Counted from the stretch's first letter, positions 47,901 to 57,326 are shown. The stretch: DNA of 64,000 bases from Thermoplasmata archaeon (GCA_041489255.1 JBGPQV010000008.1:32917-96916), one strand, 5' to 3'. Notes: generated by a model not told the origin, from the letters alone. A program made the numbers and translations.

Positions 47901-48460
47901 TTATGGACAAGTATCCACAAGACAGAATGCCAAGCGATGTATCACAATGGTCACATTCGGCCGTGGCGGGTGGGACGCAACTCGCGCGTGTTGTGGATAA
48001 GTATCCACAACTCCAAATGCCCTGCGGTGTGCCGCAGCGGTCGCAAACCACCGTGGCGGGCAAGAGGCCACTTTCGGGTTTTGTGGACAAGTATCCACAA
48101 GTCGGGTCCGCCCGGCCCGAGGAGGCGAGGTCACTTTCACCCCTCCCCCGCCAAGCCGTTCAAGCCGGGTTTGTGGACAAGTATCCACATGGAGATCGGA
48201 TGCGGGCTCGAAGTCCGGAGGGTCAATGGGAAGCGATATGTCTACTTCTGGTCGTACGCGCGAGAGAACGGGAGCAGCAGGAGGAGATGGCGGTACCTGG
48301 GGCCCGCGGGTGCCGATAGAACGAGAAGACGGGCGTTGGAGTCGCTGACCGCCCACTACTCTTCGATCAAGAAGGAGGTGGACAGGAGGTTAGCAGTGAT
48401 GAAGATGAAGGCCTCCGCTCCCTAAGGCGGCAGCGGGCGGTTGTGGATGAGTATCCACAA
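47901..48460. repeat. Five 20-bp palindromes TTGTGGA(C/T)AAGTATCCACAA in 90-bp phase
   Basis: Copies start at 47901, 47991, 48081, 48171 and 48441 (spacings 90, 90, 90, 270). Confidence 0.95.
48189..48425 (+). CDS. 78-aa basic protein resembling the SSV-type integrase N-terminal (ORF D-335-like) / DUF6788-like DNA-binding domain
   Basis: LEVRRVNGKRYVYFWSY..NG..RRRWRYLGP followed by an amphipathic helix; the ATG begins within palindrome 4. Confidence 0.75.
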   Translation: MEIGCGLEVRRVNGKRYVYFWSYARENGSSRRRWRYLGPAGADRTRRRALESLTAHYSSIKKEVDRRLAVMKMKASAP

Positions 48461-49175
48461 GTCGGTCCAATCGTTGCCGCCCCGCCTCGAACGGTCGCGG
48501 CGGGAATCTGAGGAAGAGGTCGAGTGACCCCGTAACGAGCATGCCGACGATGAACTGCTGGACCAGGTAGCCTATGACCGACGAGACGGTGCAGGCGACC
48601 GAGAAGACGATCGCGCTGCCCATCCCGTCCGCCTCGGGGTCCGACTCCCCCCAGAACTTCTTGACGACCCTCTGGCCCCACCATGAGGCGTCCTTGCCGT
48701 AGGTGTCCTGGGTAAGATACGGGTTGACTATGTTGCACCTCATCAGGTGCGCGGAGACCATGTCGAGGATCATCGAGACGATAATCCCCGGATTGGAGAT
48801 CAGATTCCCAATCATCTGGGGGAACTGGCTGATGGCGTTGAACATGTCCCCTATCTGAAGGAATATGGACAGGTCCTCGAACAGTCCCGCCAAGAATCCG
48901 AGGAAGAAACCGAAGACCGCTCCCGCCAACGCTGGTTCGAGGAAGAAGGAGAGGAAGCCCGCCACGAGCTTACCGAGGATGTATGTGAGGCCTCCCCCGG
49001 CGGTCTTCTTCATGACGTTGCCGGCGAAGTCGCAGGCTCCGGCCTCCACCTCGTAGCCCCACATGTAGTCAGACCAGAAGTCTATCTCGAAGGTGGTGCT
49101 GTCCCTGTCATTGCCTCGGTAGATGCCGTTGTGTGTAGCCCAGGAGTCCTTGAATACAAAGGAGATCGCCGTCAC
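48390..49175 (-). pseudogene. Internal fragment of a large secreted protein (Ig-like end + hydrophobic helices)
   Basis: YEVEAGACDFAGN Ig-strand motif, then GAVFGFFLGFLAGLF and further hydrophobic helices; no clear start or natural end. Confidence 0.55.
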
Positions 49176-49272
49176 GCCGGAGCTGTCCTTTCGATTCGAA
49201 GAACGAGGTATTTTCCATTTTGAGCATTGAGCACGTGCTATGAAGGGGAATCGCTTGTTCGAATCGCCTCAC

Positions 49273-49360
49273 ATTCGAACGTTGTTCGACCTTCGTTCGA
49301 CAGGTGTTCGTACCATCCTCGTACCACGCTCGTACCATGTTCGTCAACTGTTCGTTATGG
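49273..49360. repeat. Eight 11-bp tandem units, consensus gtTCGtaccat
   Basis: attcgaacgtt/gttcgaccttc/gttcgacaggt/gttcgtaccat/cctcgtaccac/gctcgtaccat/gttcgtcaact/gttcgttatgg. Confidence 0.85.
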
Positions 49361-49945
49361 ACAGGACGTGCATTCGCATCGAAGATTGCCCGGACCATAC
49401 TCTTACCGACTTGATACCAAGCCCTTAACAACATGAAATCGAACTGGCGAGATGTTCGCGTCCAACACGCTGAGTGTTCGATTGAGACAGAATCACGCCT
49501 GCCATGTTAGGGATGGTTTGAGCCCAACGGGGAAGTCATCAGATGGTTCCAGCCGCGGTCTTGGATGCACATTGTTAAGAGTTGCGAAAGCGGAACCGCT
49601 GAAAGCCCATATCATGAATATGCCCGGAAGCTGATGACAGATGGCAGGCCGACAGGGCCATACCAACACATTGCATCGTGCATTCTGATTGATGAACATG
49701 CCGCTGCGTTGCGTTTGCGAGATGCGCATCTGTCACGTCAAGGACCGTCCTATCAGCTGGAGATTCTCCATCTACTTCACGACTAGCCTAGATGACTGCG
49801 CAAAAACGTAGGCGTTGCCTTTCGCGGGATATGCCCGGCCGAATCGACCGATCTTGCGGGGGATCGACGATTACCGCATCTCCAAGCGCCCAAGAGGGTC
49901 GGTGGAGACGCGGTGGTCGCCGGCTGCGAGTAGGATTCTTGAGGC

Positions 49946-51721
49946 ATGTCCTCGTGCAGGGAGAACGAGGGCATCCGCAATCCCTGTGCCCCATCCTCCC
50001 AGATATATCTTTATTCCACTACCGCCATGACGAGCAACGCGTTCAAGATGCGGCGGTGGGAGATGATTGGCGGATCTCGTTTCGTTCGTGGAGGCCGATT
50101 TGCGGCGGGTCGATATCGCCGAAACGGTGGAAGTCCCAGAGGTTATGGCTGGCCCGCCACCATCGAGCTCCTCTCGCCTCTCGACGCCGCAATCTCAGAT
50201 TCCCGCAATTCCTTCATGATGATCATCTGCCCCTCATGCAGATTCGTTCACGAGGAGGGCGGCATCTGCATCTCCCGCCAATTCGGCGACCTCACGCTGT
50301 GGAACCGCTCCATGAGCCAGGGCGAGATACGTGCCCTCAGCTTCCTGGACAGGGGGCTGAATGGGATAGTCGTGCCGAGAGGGCTGTTCATGCAGTCGCA
50401 GTTCTTCGCGTCGATGAACGACTCCTCGTACGCCAGCTTCGGACCGGGCAACCCGCTCCTCGGCTCGACCGTCATGGGCATCGACAACGCCCGGGAGCTG
50501 AACTCGCGGGTCGTGCAGCAGCTCATAGCCGCCAACCTGACGCTGGCGGAGGCGTGGGCCTGGATCCTCGGGCTGGAGAGGAACTCCACGGGGCAGAACA
50601 CTTCCTTCCCCCTGGTGGTGACGAGGGAGGTCTACACGATAGGCTTCGACCCGATGCTCATGAACGTCCTGCCCAACATGACGGTGGAGAACAGCGGCAA
50701 CAGCTCGCTGCCCGCCCCGCCGACGCGCGTGCCGACCTACTGGGAACTGATGTGGAACTCGTTCACGGGACTCGTCTCGGCGGTGTGGAACGCTGTGGTG
50801 GCGGTTGCCCAGTTCATCGCAAACGTGATGCTGGCGGTGATCAAGTGGGGCATAGGGCTGGCTAAGGCGATTGCCGAGGGGAAGGGGTTGGAGTACATCT
50901 ACGAGACGGTGGTGAAGCCGTTCGTGGAGGCGCTGCTGGCGTTCATACGATTCCTAATTGAATTCTTCAAAGCGATTCTGAATGTCTTATTCACACCGGT
51001 TCGTCTGTTCTTGGAAAGCTTAGGCAGGGCTGTGAGGGATGGGTTCAGGCCGGCCTACAGCCAAATCGAGATGGCAGAGGCGTGCGACATGAATGAAGCG
51101 GGCGACGCAGCTGCCCAAGGGTATGCTGACAGGGCAGCGATGTTGGTTACTGATATCTTCGTCTCGATAATGATGACCGCGATACTGATTTACCTAATAC
51201 TCATGGCTGTCGATGTCACGGTGAAGCCCGTGGCAACTCTCTTGGCGGGAATCGTGATCATGATTGCATTGGGAATGGTGCTCAGTGCGATGGCTATTGC
51301 TGGCTTCAGCGGAGGATATTCCGGACTTCCGCCCGCGCCCGGCGACCCCGGTGGAGCCCCTAATGCGGTCATGGGCATCATCCCGGACGATTATTGGCTT
51401 ACTGAACGTATATTCTCAACGACCCTCCGGTTTTGCGTAACATTGGCGATGCTTATCCTCGACGACCTGAGTGTTCTTGGGGCGATATCCATCACCTTAG
51501 GCGTCGTGAGTCTAGCCCTGATCTTCATTGGTGCGACATTCGACAAGCGAAGCAACGAGGGGCGATGGTTGCTGGCTATCGGCCTTTTCCTAGGATTGCT
51601 ATCTGTCATCCTGGCCACGATTTCCGTGGCGATGCAAGGATTTGGCCTTCACACAGGAGTCGGAATCGCCATGTCGATTGGCGCGTTTGGGATGGCTTAC
51701 CTGAACGTGTTGTCGATGTAG
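49946..51721 (+). CDS. 5'-truncated LamG-linked protein with multi-helical hydrophobic C-terminus (putative toxin cassette)
   Basis: Recognisable sequence begins at DLTLWNRSMSQGEI (LamG C-terminal strand, 50288); amphipathic helices then several TM helices; the first ~115 codons look unrelated. Confidence 0.65.
   Translation: MSSCRENEGIRNPCAPSSQIYLYSTTAMTSNAFKMRRWEMIGGSRFVRGGRFAAGRYRRNGGSPRGYGWPATIELLSPLDAAISDSRNSFMMIICPSCRFVHEEGGICISRQFGDLTLWNRSMSQGEIRALSFLDRGLNGIVVPRGLFMQSQFFASMNDSSYASFGPGNPLLGSTVMGIDNARELNSRVVQQLIAANLTLAEAWAWILGLERNSTGQNTSFPLVVTREVYTIGFDPMLMNVLPNMTVENSGNSSLPAPPTRVPTYWELMWNSFTGLVSAVWNAVVAVAQFIANVMLAVIKWGIGLAKAIAEGKGLEYIYETVVKPFVEALLAFIRFLIEFFKAILNVLFTPVRLFLESLGRAVRDGFRPAYSQIEMAEACDMNEAGDAAAQGYADRAAMLVTDIFVSIMMTAILIYLILMAVDVTVKPVATLLAGIVIMIALGMVLSAMAIAGFSGGYSGLPPAPGDPGGAPNAVMGIIPDDYWLTERIFSTTLRFCVTLAMLILDDLSVLGAISITLGVVSLALIFIGATFDKRSNEGRWLLAIGLFLGLLSVILATISVAMQGFGLHTGVGIAMSIGAFGMAYLNVLSM
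50288..50506 (+). repeat. 219-bp direct repeat, copy 1
   Basis: Colinear, without indels, with 52601-52819; first ~135 nt differ only synonymously. Confidence 0.92.
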
Positions 51722-51741
51722 TGAGGAGAAAGAGATGTCAA

Positions 51742-52278
51742 ATGAATGAGCATGATGATTTGGGAGCCATAGTCTCCGAAGAGAGATTGGTATTCCATCT
51801 CGCTGTCGCAAGCGTGCTCGCAATCGCCGTCATTCTCAGTGGGTGGTTGGCATTCGCTATCCTGCTATATCCTGCCCTCACCCGTGCGTTTTCAGGAGGT
51901 GATCCATGGGGTGGAAACAATCCTCTTGGAATCGTCTTGGGCTTTCTGGCAAGTCTGTATGGCTTCATCTTGAGTGTCGCTGCGTTATCCTATAAGAGAC
52001 GCGCGAGGATCTACTGGGCGGGAATATCCCCGTCTTGGATCCCGCCCGGAAAGAGATCAAAGAGATACTGGCCTTTTTCTGAAATCAATGATTTGGAATT
52101 GACCGTCAGAGAAGATGGATTCTGGGTGGTTCGCTTCGCCTTGGAGTTGAAGGGTCCGTTGAGGTGGATTCTGCCGATTCGTCCGAACAAGGAAATCCTC
52201 AGCAGACCCATGATGACCAAAGCCGGATTCGCACTCGCCCATTTGAGGTCGCGTGGAATTCGGGAACGAAGAGCGTAG
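51742..52278 (+). CDS. 2-TM protein with soluble C-terminal domain (immunity-like)
   Basis: GTGAGGAG RBS, starts 20 nt after the upstream stop; two TM helices followed by a beta-rich domain. Confidence 0.75.
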   Translation: MNEHDDLGAIVSEERLVFHLAVASVLAIAVILSGWLAFAILLYPALTRAFSGGDPWGGNNPLGIVLGFLASLYGFILSVAALSYKRRARIYWAGISPSWIPPGKRSKRYWPFSEINDLELTVREDGFWVVRFALELKGPLRWILPIRPNKEILSRPMMTKAGFALAHLRSRGIRERRA

Positions 52279-52427
52279 GATTCAACCCATGCCGCATCAT
52301 TCAGAAATCGTGCGCGATAGGGGAGGAGAATACGGCCACTCCCTATTAGCCAAACGGCTTGACAACGATTCGCGAAAGCAAGTGGCCCCTAGTCTGAACT
52401 TGATTTCCGATGTACGGGTCGCATTGA

Positions 52428-52837
52428 ACCAGTGGCACGTCGTCACGCTTACATACGACGGACAGATTTCCACGGTCTATCTGGACGGCGAGAAGATACA
52501 CTCGAAGACGTGGGAGCAGGCATGGTTGCCGCACCCGTCGGACCCGTACCTCTGCGTCTTCAACGGGGCGGGCGCCTCGCCCTTCAACGGCTACATCGAC
52601 GATCTGACGCTCTGGAACCGCTCCATGAGCCAGGGAGAGATACGCGCCCTCAGCTTCCTGGACAGGGGGCTGAACGGGATCGTCGTGCCGAGAGGGTTGT
52701 TCATGCAGTCGCAGTTCTTCGCGTCGATGAACTCCTCCACCGGTTCCGTCGTCCACTTGGGCAACCCACTCCCCGGTTCGACGACCACGGGCAATGACAA
52801 CTCGCGCGAGCTGAACTCGACCTTGTGCAGTTATTGA
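52428..52837 (+). pseudogene. Orphan LamG (concanavalin A-like) domain fragment
   Basis: NQWHVVTLTYDG..VYLDG..FNGYIDDLTLWNRSMSQGEI; truncated at both ends. Confidence 0.8.
52601..52819 (+). repeat. 219-bp direct repeat, copy 2
   Basis: Same peptide as 50288-50506 up to FFASMN, then divergent but alignable to RELNS. Confidence 0.92.
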
Positions 52838-52983
52838 TGAGGTACATCTAACCAAAGTCGTCTATCGTCGGCCTACCGATTGTCCCCTGGCATGGCGGGA
52901 ATACACTTCTTTCGATTCGGATTCTTCCTACAAACCCGTAGCAGAGAAAGACTCTTTTCGCGGGCTGTCGTCAAATCACGCGT

Positions 52984-53514
52984 CTACGCTATTGATCCGT
53001 CATCCAGCTGCTTGATGATCGACCTACCCTGCATCGTGATGTTGTAGATGTGCGGCGGCACACCGCGCCTTATCGCCCTGGACTTCTCCTTGCTGACCAG
53101 CTGCAGGACCTCCAGGACCCTCAGGTGGTTGTAGAGGCCGGGCTCAGACAGGCCCAGCTCCTCAGACAGTTCCACGACAGTGCAGTCGGGGTTCGCCGCG
53201 AGGAACTCGAGAATAGCCTTCTTGCTCTCGCTGAGAGCTTCTGTGGTCGTCATCTTGGTGGGCTTGGTCGGCTCGAGCGTGAGCCTCTCGTAGATCCTCG
53301 TGCCCTTCTCAGAAGGACTGATGATAACACTGACCAGCTCGTTCTCCTCCGCCTTGATCAGGTGGCGGTAGACCGCTTCCGGAGCGATCCCCAGCATTTC
53401 CGCGAGCTCGGGGATCTGCGTGTCGCGGTTCTTGAAGAGCTTGTTCTCGACAACGATTTCAAGGACCTCGCGTTGTCGTTCTGTCAGCCCTCTTACCTCG
53501 TCGACTGCAATCAT
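52984..53514 (-). CDS. Tandem HTH/ArsR-like wHTH transcriptional regulator
   Basis: LTERQREVL..IPELAEMLGIAPEAVYRHL and TVVELSEELGLSEPGLYNHLRVLE..YNITMQG. Confidence 0.85.
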   Translation of the reverse strand: MIAVDEVRGLTERQREVLEIVVENKLFKNRDTQIPELAEMLGIAPEAVYRHLIKAEENELVSVIISPSEKGTRIYERLTLEPTKPTKMTTTEALSESKKAILEFLAANPDCTVVELSEELGLSEPGLYNHLRVLEVLQLVSKEKSRAIRRGVPPHIYNITMQGRSIIKQLDDGSIA

Positions 53515-53587
53515 GCCTAGTAGATTAGGGCGGTAGCTCTTAAAGCTTCACGGCTAGAATGCCAATCCGCGACTATCACTCGCGTTA

Positions 53588-54658
53588 TTACGCGTACTGA
53601 TAGATATTGTCAGGGAGGCGGCCCTTGTTGAACTCCTCTTCCAACTCCTCGAGCATCAGTATGCGCTTGTACGTCGGGGGATGCGTCGAGAACAGCTCGT
53701 TCGCCTTGGTCCAGTGACTCTTCGCCTCGTGCTCCATCGCCTTTCTCAGCTCGAACTCATCGATCTCCCCGTCCTTGTTGAGGTCGTACTCCGCCATCTT
53801 GTCCTTCAGGAGTGCGGCGTCCTCACTCGCCTTGACGGGGTCCCCGATGAAGAACGCGCGCAGGCCGCTCGGCTCCTTCTCGGCGGGTGTGAGTGAGAGC
53901 CCGTAGGCGATCTTGACCAGGGCGGACCTGAGGTAGCGGGGGCTTCCGGTCGCGGCAGCGGAATACGCGTCCGCATAGTACTCCCTCGTCCTCGAGAGAT
54001 GCAGCACGAGAAGCTGCGTGATGAAGTAGACGAAGTAGGATATCAAGGCGACCGCCAAGGCCGCTGCGATGGCCCCTCCCTTGTCCTTCGAGCTCCTGCC
54101 GCCGCTACTCGCGCGGATCATCACCAAGCCTCCCCTCGCGATTATGTAGGCGACGATGGGGATCGCGGACACGAGAGTCATGGTGATCACGTCGCCGTGC
54201 CTCAGGTGCCCTATCTCGTGCGCGATGACGCCCTCTATCTCCTGCTTGTTGAGGCGCTCGAGCAGGCCGCTGTGGAGGACCAGCTCTGATGAGCGTATCG
54301 TCCTCCCGAAGACGAACGCGTTCGGTGTCGGGTCCTCTATCACCGCGACCTTGGGCATCGGGACCTGCGCCTTTGCGGCGAGGCTCTGCACCGTGTCGTA
54401 GAGCCACGGGTTGTCCTGCCTCTGGATATAGTACTTGATATGCGCCGCCCACCGCACGATCGCAGGGGAGATCAGCCACTGCAGGAAGATGAAGCCAACG
54501 CAGACGAGGACCAGTACGACGAGCCCGAACGGGAAGAAGTCCAGGTCGAGGAAGTAGTCGATCACCGCCACGATGCCAAGGAGGAACAGCGAGAACATCG
54601 TGAGGAGCAGTATCACCGTCGCCTCGGAGCCGCGCCTCAGCTTTCCCAACGAGCCCAT
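53588..54658 (-). CDS. htpX: Zinc metalloprotease HtpX (M48) with EF-hand-like insert
   Basis: PNAFVFG, HEIGH, REYYAD, STHPP; DLNKDGEIDEFE. Confidence 0.93.
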   Translation of the reverse strand: MGSLGKLRRGSEATVILLLTMFSLFLLGIVAVIDYFLDLDFFPFGLVVLVLVCVGFIFLQWLISPAIVRWAAHIKYYIQRQDNPWLYDTVQSLAAKAQVPMPKVAVIEDPTPNAFVFGRTIRSSELVLHSGLLERLNKQEIEGVIAHEIGHLRHGDVITMTLVSAIPIVAYIIARGGLVMIRASSGGRSSKDKGGAIAAALAVALISYFVYFITQLLVLHLSRTREYYADAYSAAATGSPRYLRSALVKIAYGLSLTPAEKEPSGLRAFFIGDPVKASEDAALLKDKMAEYDLNKDGEIDEFELRKAMEHEAKSHWTKANELFSTHPPTYKRILMLEELEEEFNKGRLPDNIYQYA

Positions 54659-54703
54659 GCGGAACCGTATTATCCCCCGCCAGATATCAGCGTTTCGTTA
54701 ATC

Positions 54704-55480
54704 ATGGTGGATCTGGTCGAGTCGCTGAACTGCTCGCACTGCGGCGCTCCCCTGGACCTGAGCCCCGGGGAGATCATAGTCACGTGCAGGTATTGCGGCT
54801 CCGACGTGCGGATTGCGGGAGAGAAGAGGTTCCTCCTGAAGCACTCGATGGTCGCGACGCAGTACCAGGAGGAGGCGATCAGGCAGGTGATTGCTTCCTG
54901 GATGGCGGGAGGTGCATTCAGGCCGGACGACCTCGCGAGATCGTCGCGGATCGAGAGCCTCGATTGTGTCTATCTTCCCTTCTACGTCTTCGAGGTCGAC
55001 GCATCGACGACCTGGCGGGGAGTCCTGTCGAGGACGGGACAGCCGTTCGAGAAGAGCGGCGAGCTGAGGAAGAACTACTTCTGGAAGATCCTGGGGAGGC
55101 GCTCCTCGCCCTTCCCCACGCGCGAGTACAGGCTGCCCCTCGCTGCGAAGACCACGTTCGACATGTCGCAGATGGTCAAGGGCTCCAAGTTCCTGAACGC
55201 GGAGATGGACGAGGACGAGGCGAAGAAGCTAGTCGTGGATGAGGTGACTGAGCACCAGAAGCAGTTGCTACTCCAGGAAGAGGTGGACGACGTCATCGAG
55301 GCGAAGACCGCCGTCGACGTCAAGGACGCCGAGTTCGTCCACGCCCCGATCTGGTTCATGCGCTACAGCTACCGCAAGAAGATGTACGAGATGACCGTCG
55401 ACGGCGCGTCGGGCGAGGTCATCAAGGCCGACGTGCCGCCGCCGGAGACCGGCTTCGGGTCGCTGTTCTCCCGGCGATGA
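54704..55480 (+). CDS. Zinc-ribbon protein (YdjG-like)
   Basis: CSHCGAP..CRYCGS, VYLPFYVF, HAPIWFMRYSY..VDGASGEV. Confidence 0.82.
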   Translation: MVDLVESLNCSHCGAPLDLSPGEIIVTCRYCGSDVRIAGEKRFLLKHSMVATQYQEEAIRQVIASWMAGGAFRPDDLARSSRIESLDCVYLPFYVFEVDASTTWRGVLSRTGQPFEKSGELRKNYFWKILGRRSSPFPTREYRLPLAAKTTFDMSQMVKGSKFLNAEMDEDEAKKLVVDEVTEHQKQLLLQEEVDDVIEAKTAVDVKDAEFVHAPIWFMRYSYRKKMYEMTVDGASGEVIKADVPPPETGFGSLFSRR

Positions 55481-55595
55481 CTGCCTCCAGCTGACTTCTC
55501 ACCGCCGCGATTCTTGTGAATAGTCTTTTAAGCGAGACCATCATTGTCTAGCCGCAATTGATGGGAGCGACGCGCTCCATAAGGGAGGAAAAGAC

Positions 55596-56132
55596 TTGCC
55601 CGATATCAGAGACAAAGTAGAGGAAGACCGCGGTCTTCTGAAAAGAATACAGATGCACATCCCAGGCTACGCCGGCTACCGCCGGCGCGAGGACCTGAGG
55701 GCGGCGGACAAGCTGCTGCGCATACAGATCGCAGACAAGCTCACCGCCATCCGCAAGGATGTGGAGAACACGAGGGGCTTCATGACGCGCAGCTACATGC
55801 GCGACAACATCGAGCAGCTCGGCAACCTCATCCTCAGCTTCCAGGAGGTCGAGGGCAAGCTGCGCTACTCCGCCGGCGGGTACTCCGGCCTCTCAGCCGA
55901 CATCCGCATCGAGGAGGGCGAGCTGGAGAAGCTCTACGAGTACGACTACACCATGGTCACAGCGCTTGACGCGATCGCGCAGGCGGTGCCGCCGATGGAC
56001 ACGGCGGTGAAGGCGAAGGACAAGAACGCCGCGGCGTCGGGCATCGACACCGTCCAGAACAGCCTCAACGCGCTGCACACAGCGTTCAAGCAGAGGCTTG
56101 TCATCATCACGGGGACGGAGGCGGTGAGATAA
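55596..56132 (+). CDS. Helical/coiled-coil protein conserved with SPFH operons
   Basis: IPGYAGYRRREDLRAADKLLR..GYSG..KLYEYD; GGGAGG RBS, TTG start. Confidence 0.82.
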   Translation: MPDIRDKVEEDRGLLKRIQMHIPGYAGYRRREDLRAADKLLRIQIADKLTAIRKDVENTRGFMTRSYMRDNIEQLGNLILSFQEVEGKLRYSAGGYSGLSADIRIEEGELEKLYEYDYTMVTALDAIAQAVPPMDTAVKAKDKNAAASGIDTVQNSLNALHTAFKQRLVIITGTEAVR

Positions 56133-57325
56133 TGTCGTTCGCAGCACTCAGCACGATAGGGCTATTCGGCGGCGGGAAGAGGTCGGACCAGACGGCGGCG
56201 CACAAGGAGGGCCTCAGCGGCTCCATGACGATTGCCTGGGACGACCAGTACAAGCGCGGCAACATCATGTGGAAGGTCCCGCGCAACATCAGGATGAACG
56301 ACAACATCGTCGTCAGGGAAGACGAGATCGCGGTGTTCTACCGAGACGGGAAGGCGCTCGCCTACCTCGACGTCCCGAACAGGTACGCCCTGACGAGCCA
56401 GAACGCCCCGATAGTCGGCTGGCTCGTGAAGGTCTTCTCAGGGGTGCAGCAGCAGGCCGAGGTCTATTACCTGCAGAAGCGCATCTTCGACGGGAAGTTC
56501 GGCAGCAAGGACCCCTTCATCTTCGAGGACCCCGACTTCGACCTCATCGAGCTGAGGACGTTCGGCGAGTTCCGCTACAAGATCGCGTCCGCCGAGAACT
56601 TCATCAACCAGTTCGTCGGCACATTCGGCCTCGCGACCAGCGTAGACGTCGAGAACAGGATCAGGGAGGAGCTGGTGAAGCAGCTGTACGTGACGATAGG
56701 CAACATGAAAGGCCAGGGGATGAAGGTCACCCAGCTCGCGATCAGCCTCAACCAGATCGAGCAGTTCACCCTGGAGAACGCCAAGCCCCACTTCGGGAAC
56801 CTGGGCATCGAGATAGTCCAGCTCTCGGGCCTCAACATACCCATACCCGAGGAGATCAAGGAGGCCATACGCAAGGCGTCCGGGGCGAGGGTCCTCGGCC
56901 GCGCCGGCCCCGGCGGCGTGGCGGCGTACCAGCAGTTCGCCGTCGCCGATTCGATGAAGACGGCTGCGGCGCAGCCTGGCGGCGCGGCGGGGCTCGGCAT
57001 GGGCCTCGGTGCCGGTATGGGCATGGGTTACGCCATGGGCTCGCAGGTGCCGGGGATGATGCAGCCCGCGCAGCAAGCCCAGCAGACGAAGGCGTGCGTG
57101 AAATGCGGCAAGCAGATACCCGTGAGCCTGAGGTTCTGCGGTGAGTGCGGCGCCGAGCAAGTCGAGGGCAAGCCTTGCGTCAAGTGCGGGAAGACCGTCG
57201 CACCGGGACTGAAGTTCTGCGGTGAGTGCGGTACGTCCCAGACGATTGCATGCCCGGCGTGCAAGGCCGAGAACCCGGGCAACCTGAAGTTCTGCGGCAA
57301 CTGCGGGAAGCCGCTGGCGGGATGA
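56132..57325 (+). CDS. SPFH/band-7 domain protein with double zinc ribbons (YdjI-like)
   Basis: IVVREDEIAVFYRDGK, Gly-rich GMGLGAGMGMG, three CxxC..CxxC ribbons. Confidence 0.9.
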   Translation: MSFAALSTIGLFGGGKRSDQTAAHKEGLSGSMTIAWDDQYKRGNIMWKVPRNIRMNDNIVVREDEIAVFYRDGKALAYLDVPNRYALTSQNAPIVGWLVKVFSGVQQQAEVYYLQKRIFDGKFGSKDPFIFEDPDFDLIELRTFGEFRYKIASAENFINQFVGTFGLATSVDVENRIREELVKQLYVTIGNMKGQGMKVTQLAISLNQIEQFTLENAKPHFGNLGIEIVQLSGLNIPIPEEIKEAIRKASGARVLGRAGPGGVAAYQQFAVADSMKTAAAQPGGAAGLGMGLGAGMGMGYAMGSQVPGMMQPAQQAQQTKACVKCGKQIPVSLRFCGECGAEQVEGKPCVKCGKTVAPGLKFCGECGTSQTIACPACKAENPGNLKFCGNCGKPLAG

Positions 57326-57326
57326 G

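Noticed and set aside
47901-48460. CRISPR array
   Set aside because: Repeats are 20 bp, spacers are 70 and 250 bp, two spacers are paralogous, and there are no cas genes in the window
50288-52819. Diversity-generating retroelement TR/VR pair
   Set aside because: Differences between the copies are mostly synonymous and not adenine-specific; no reverse transcriptase in the window
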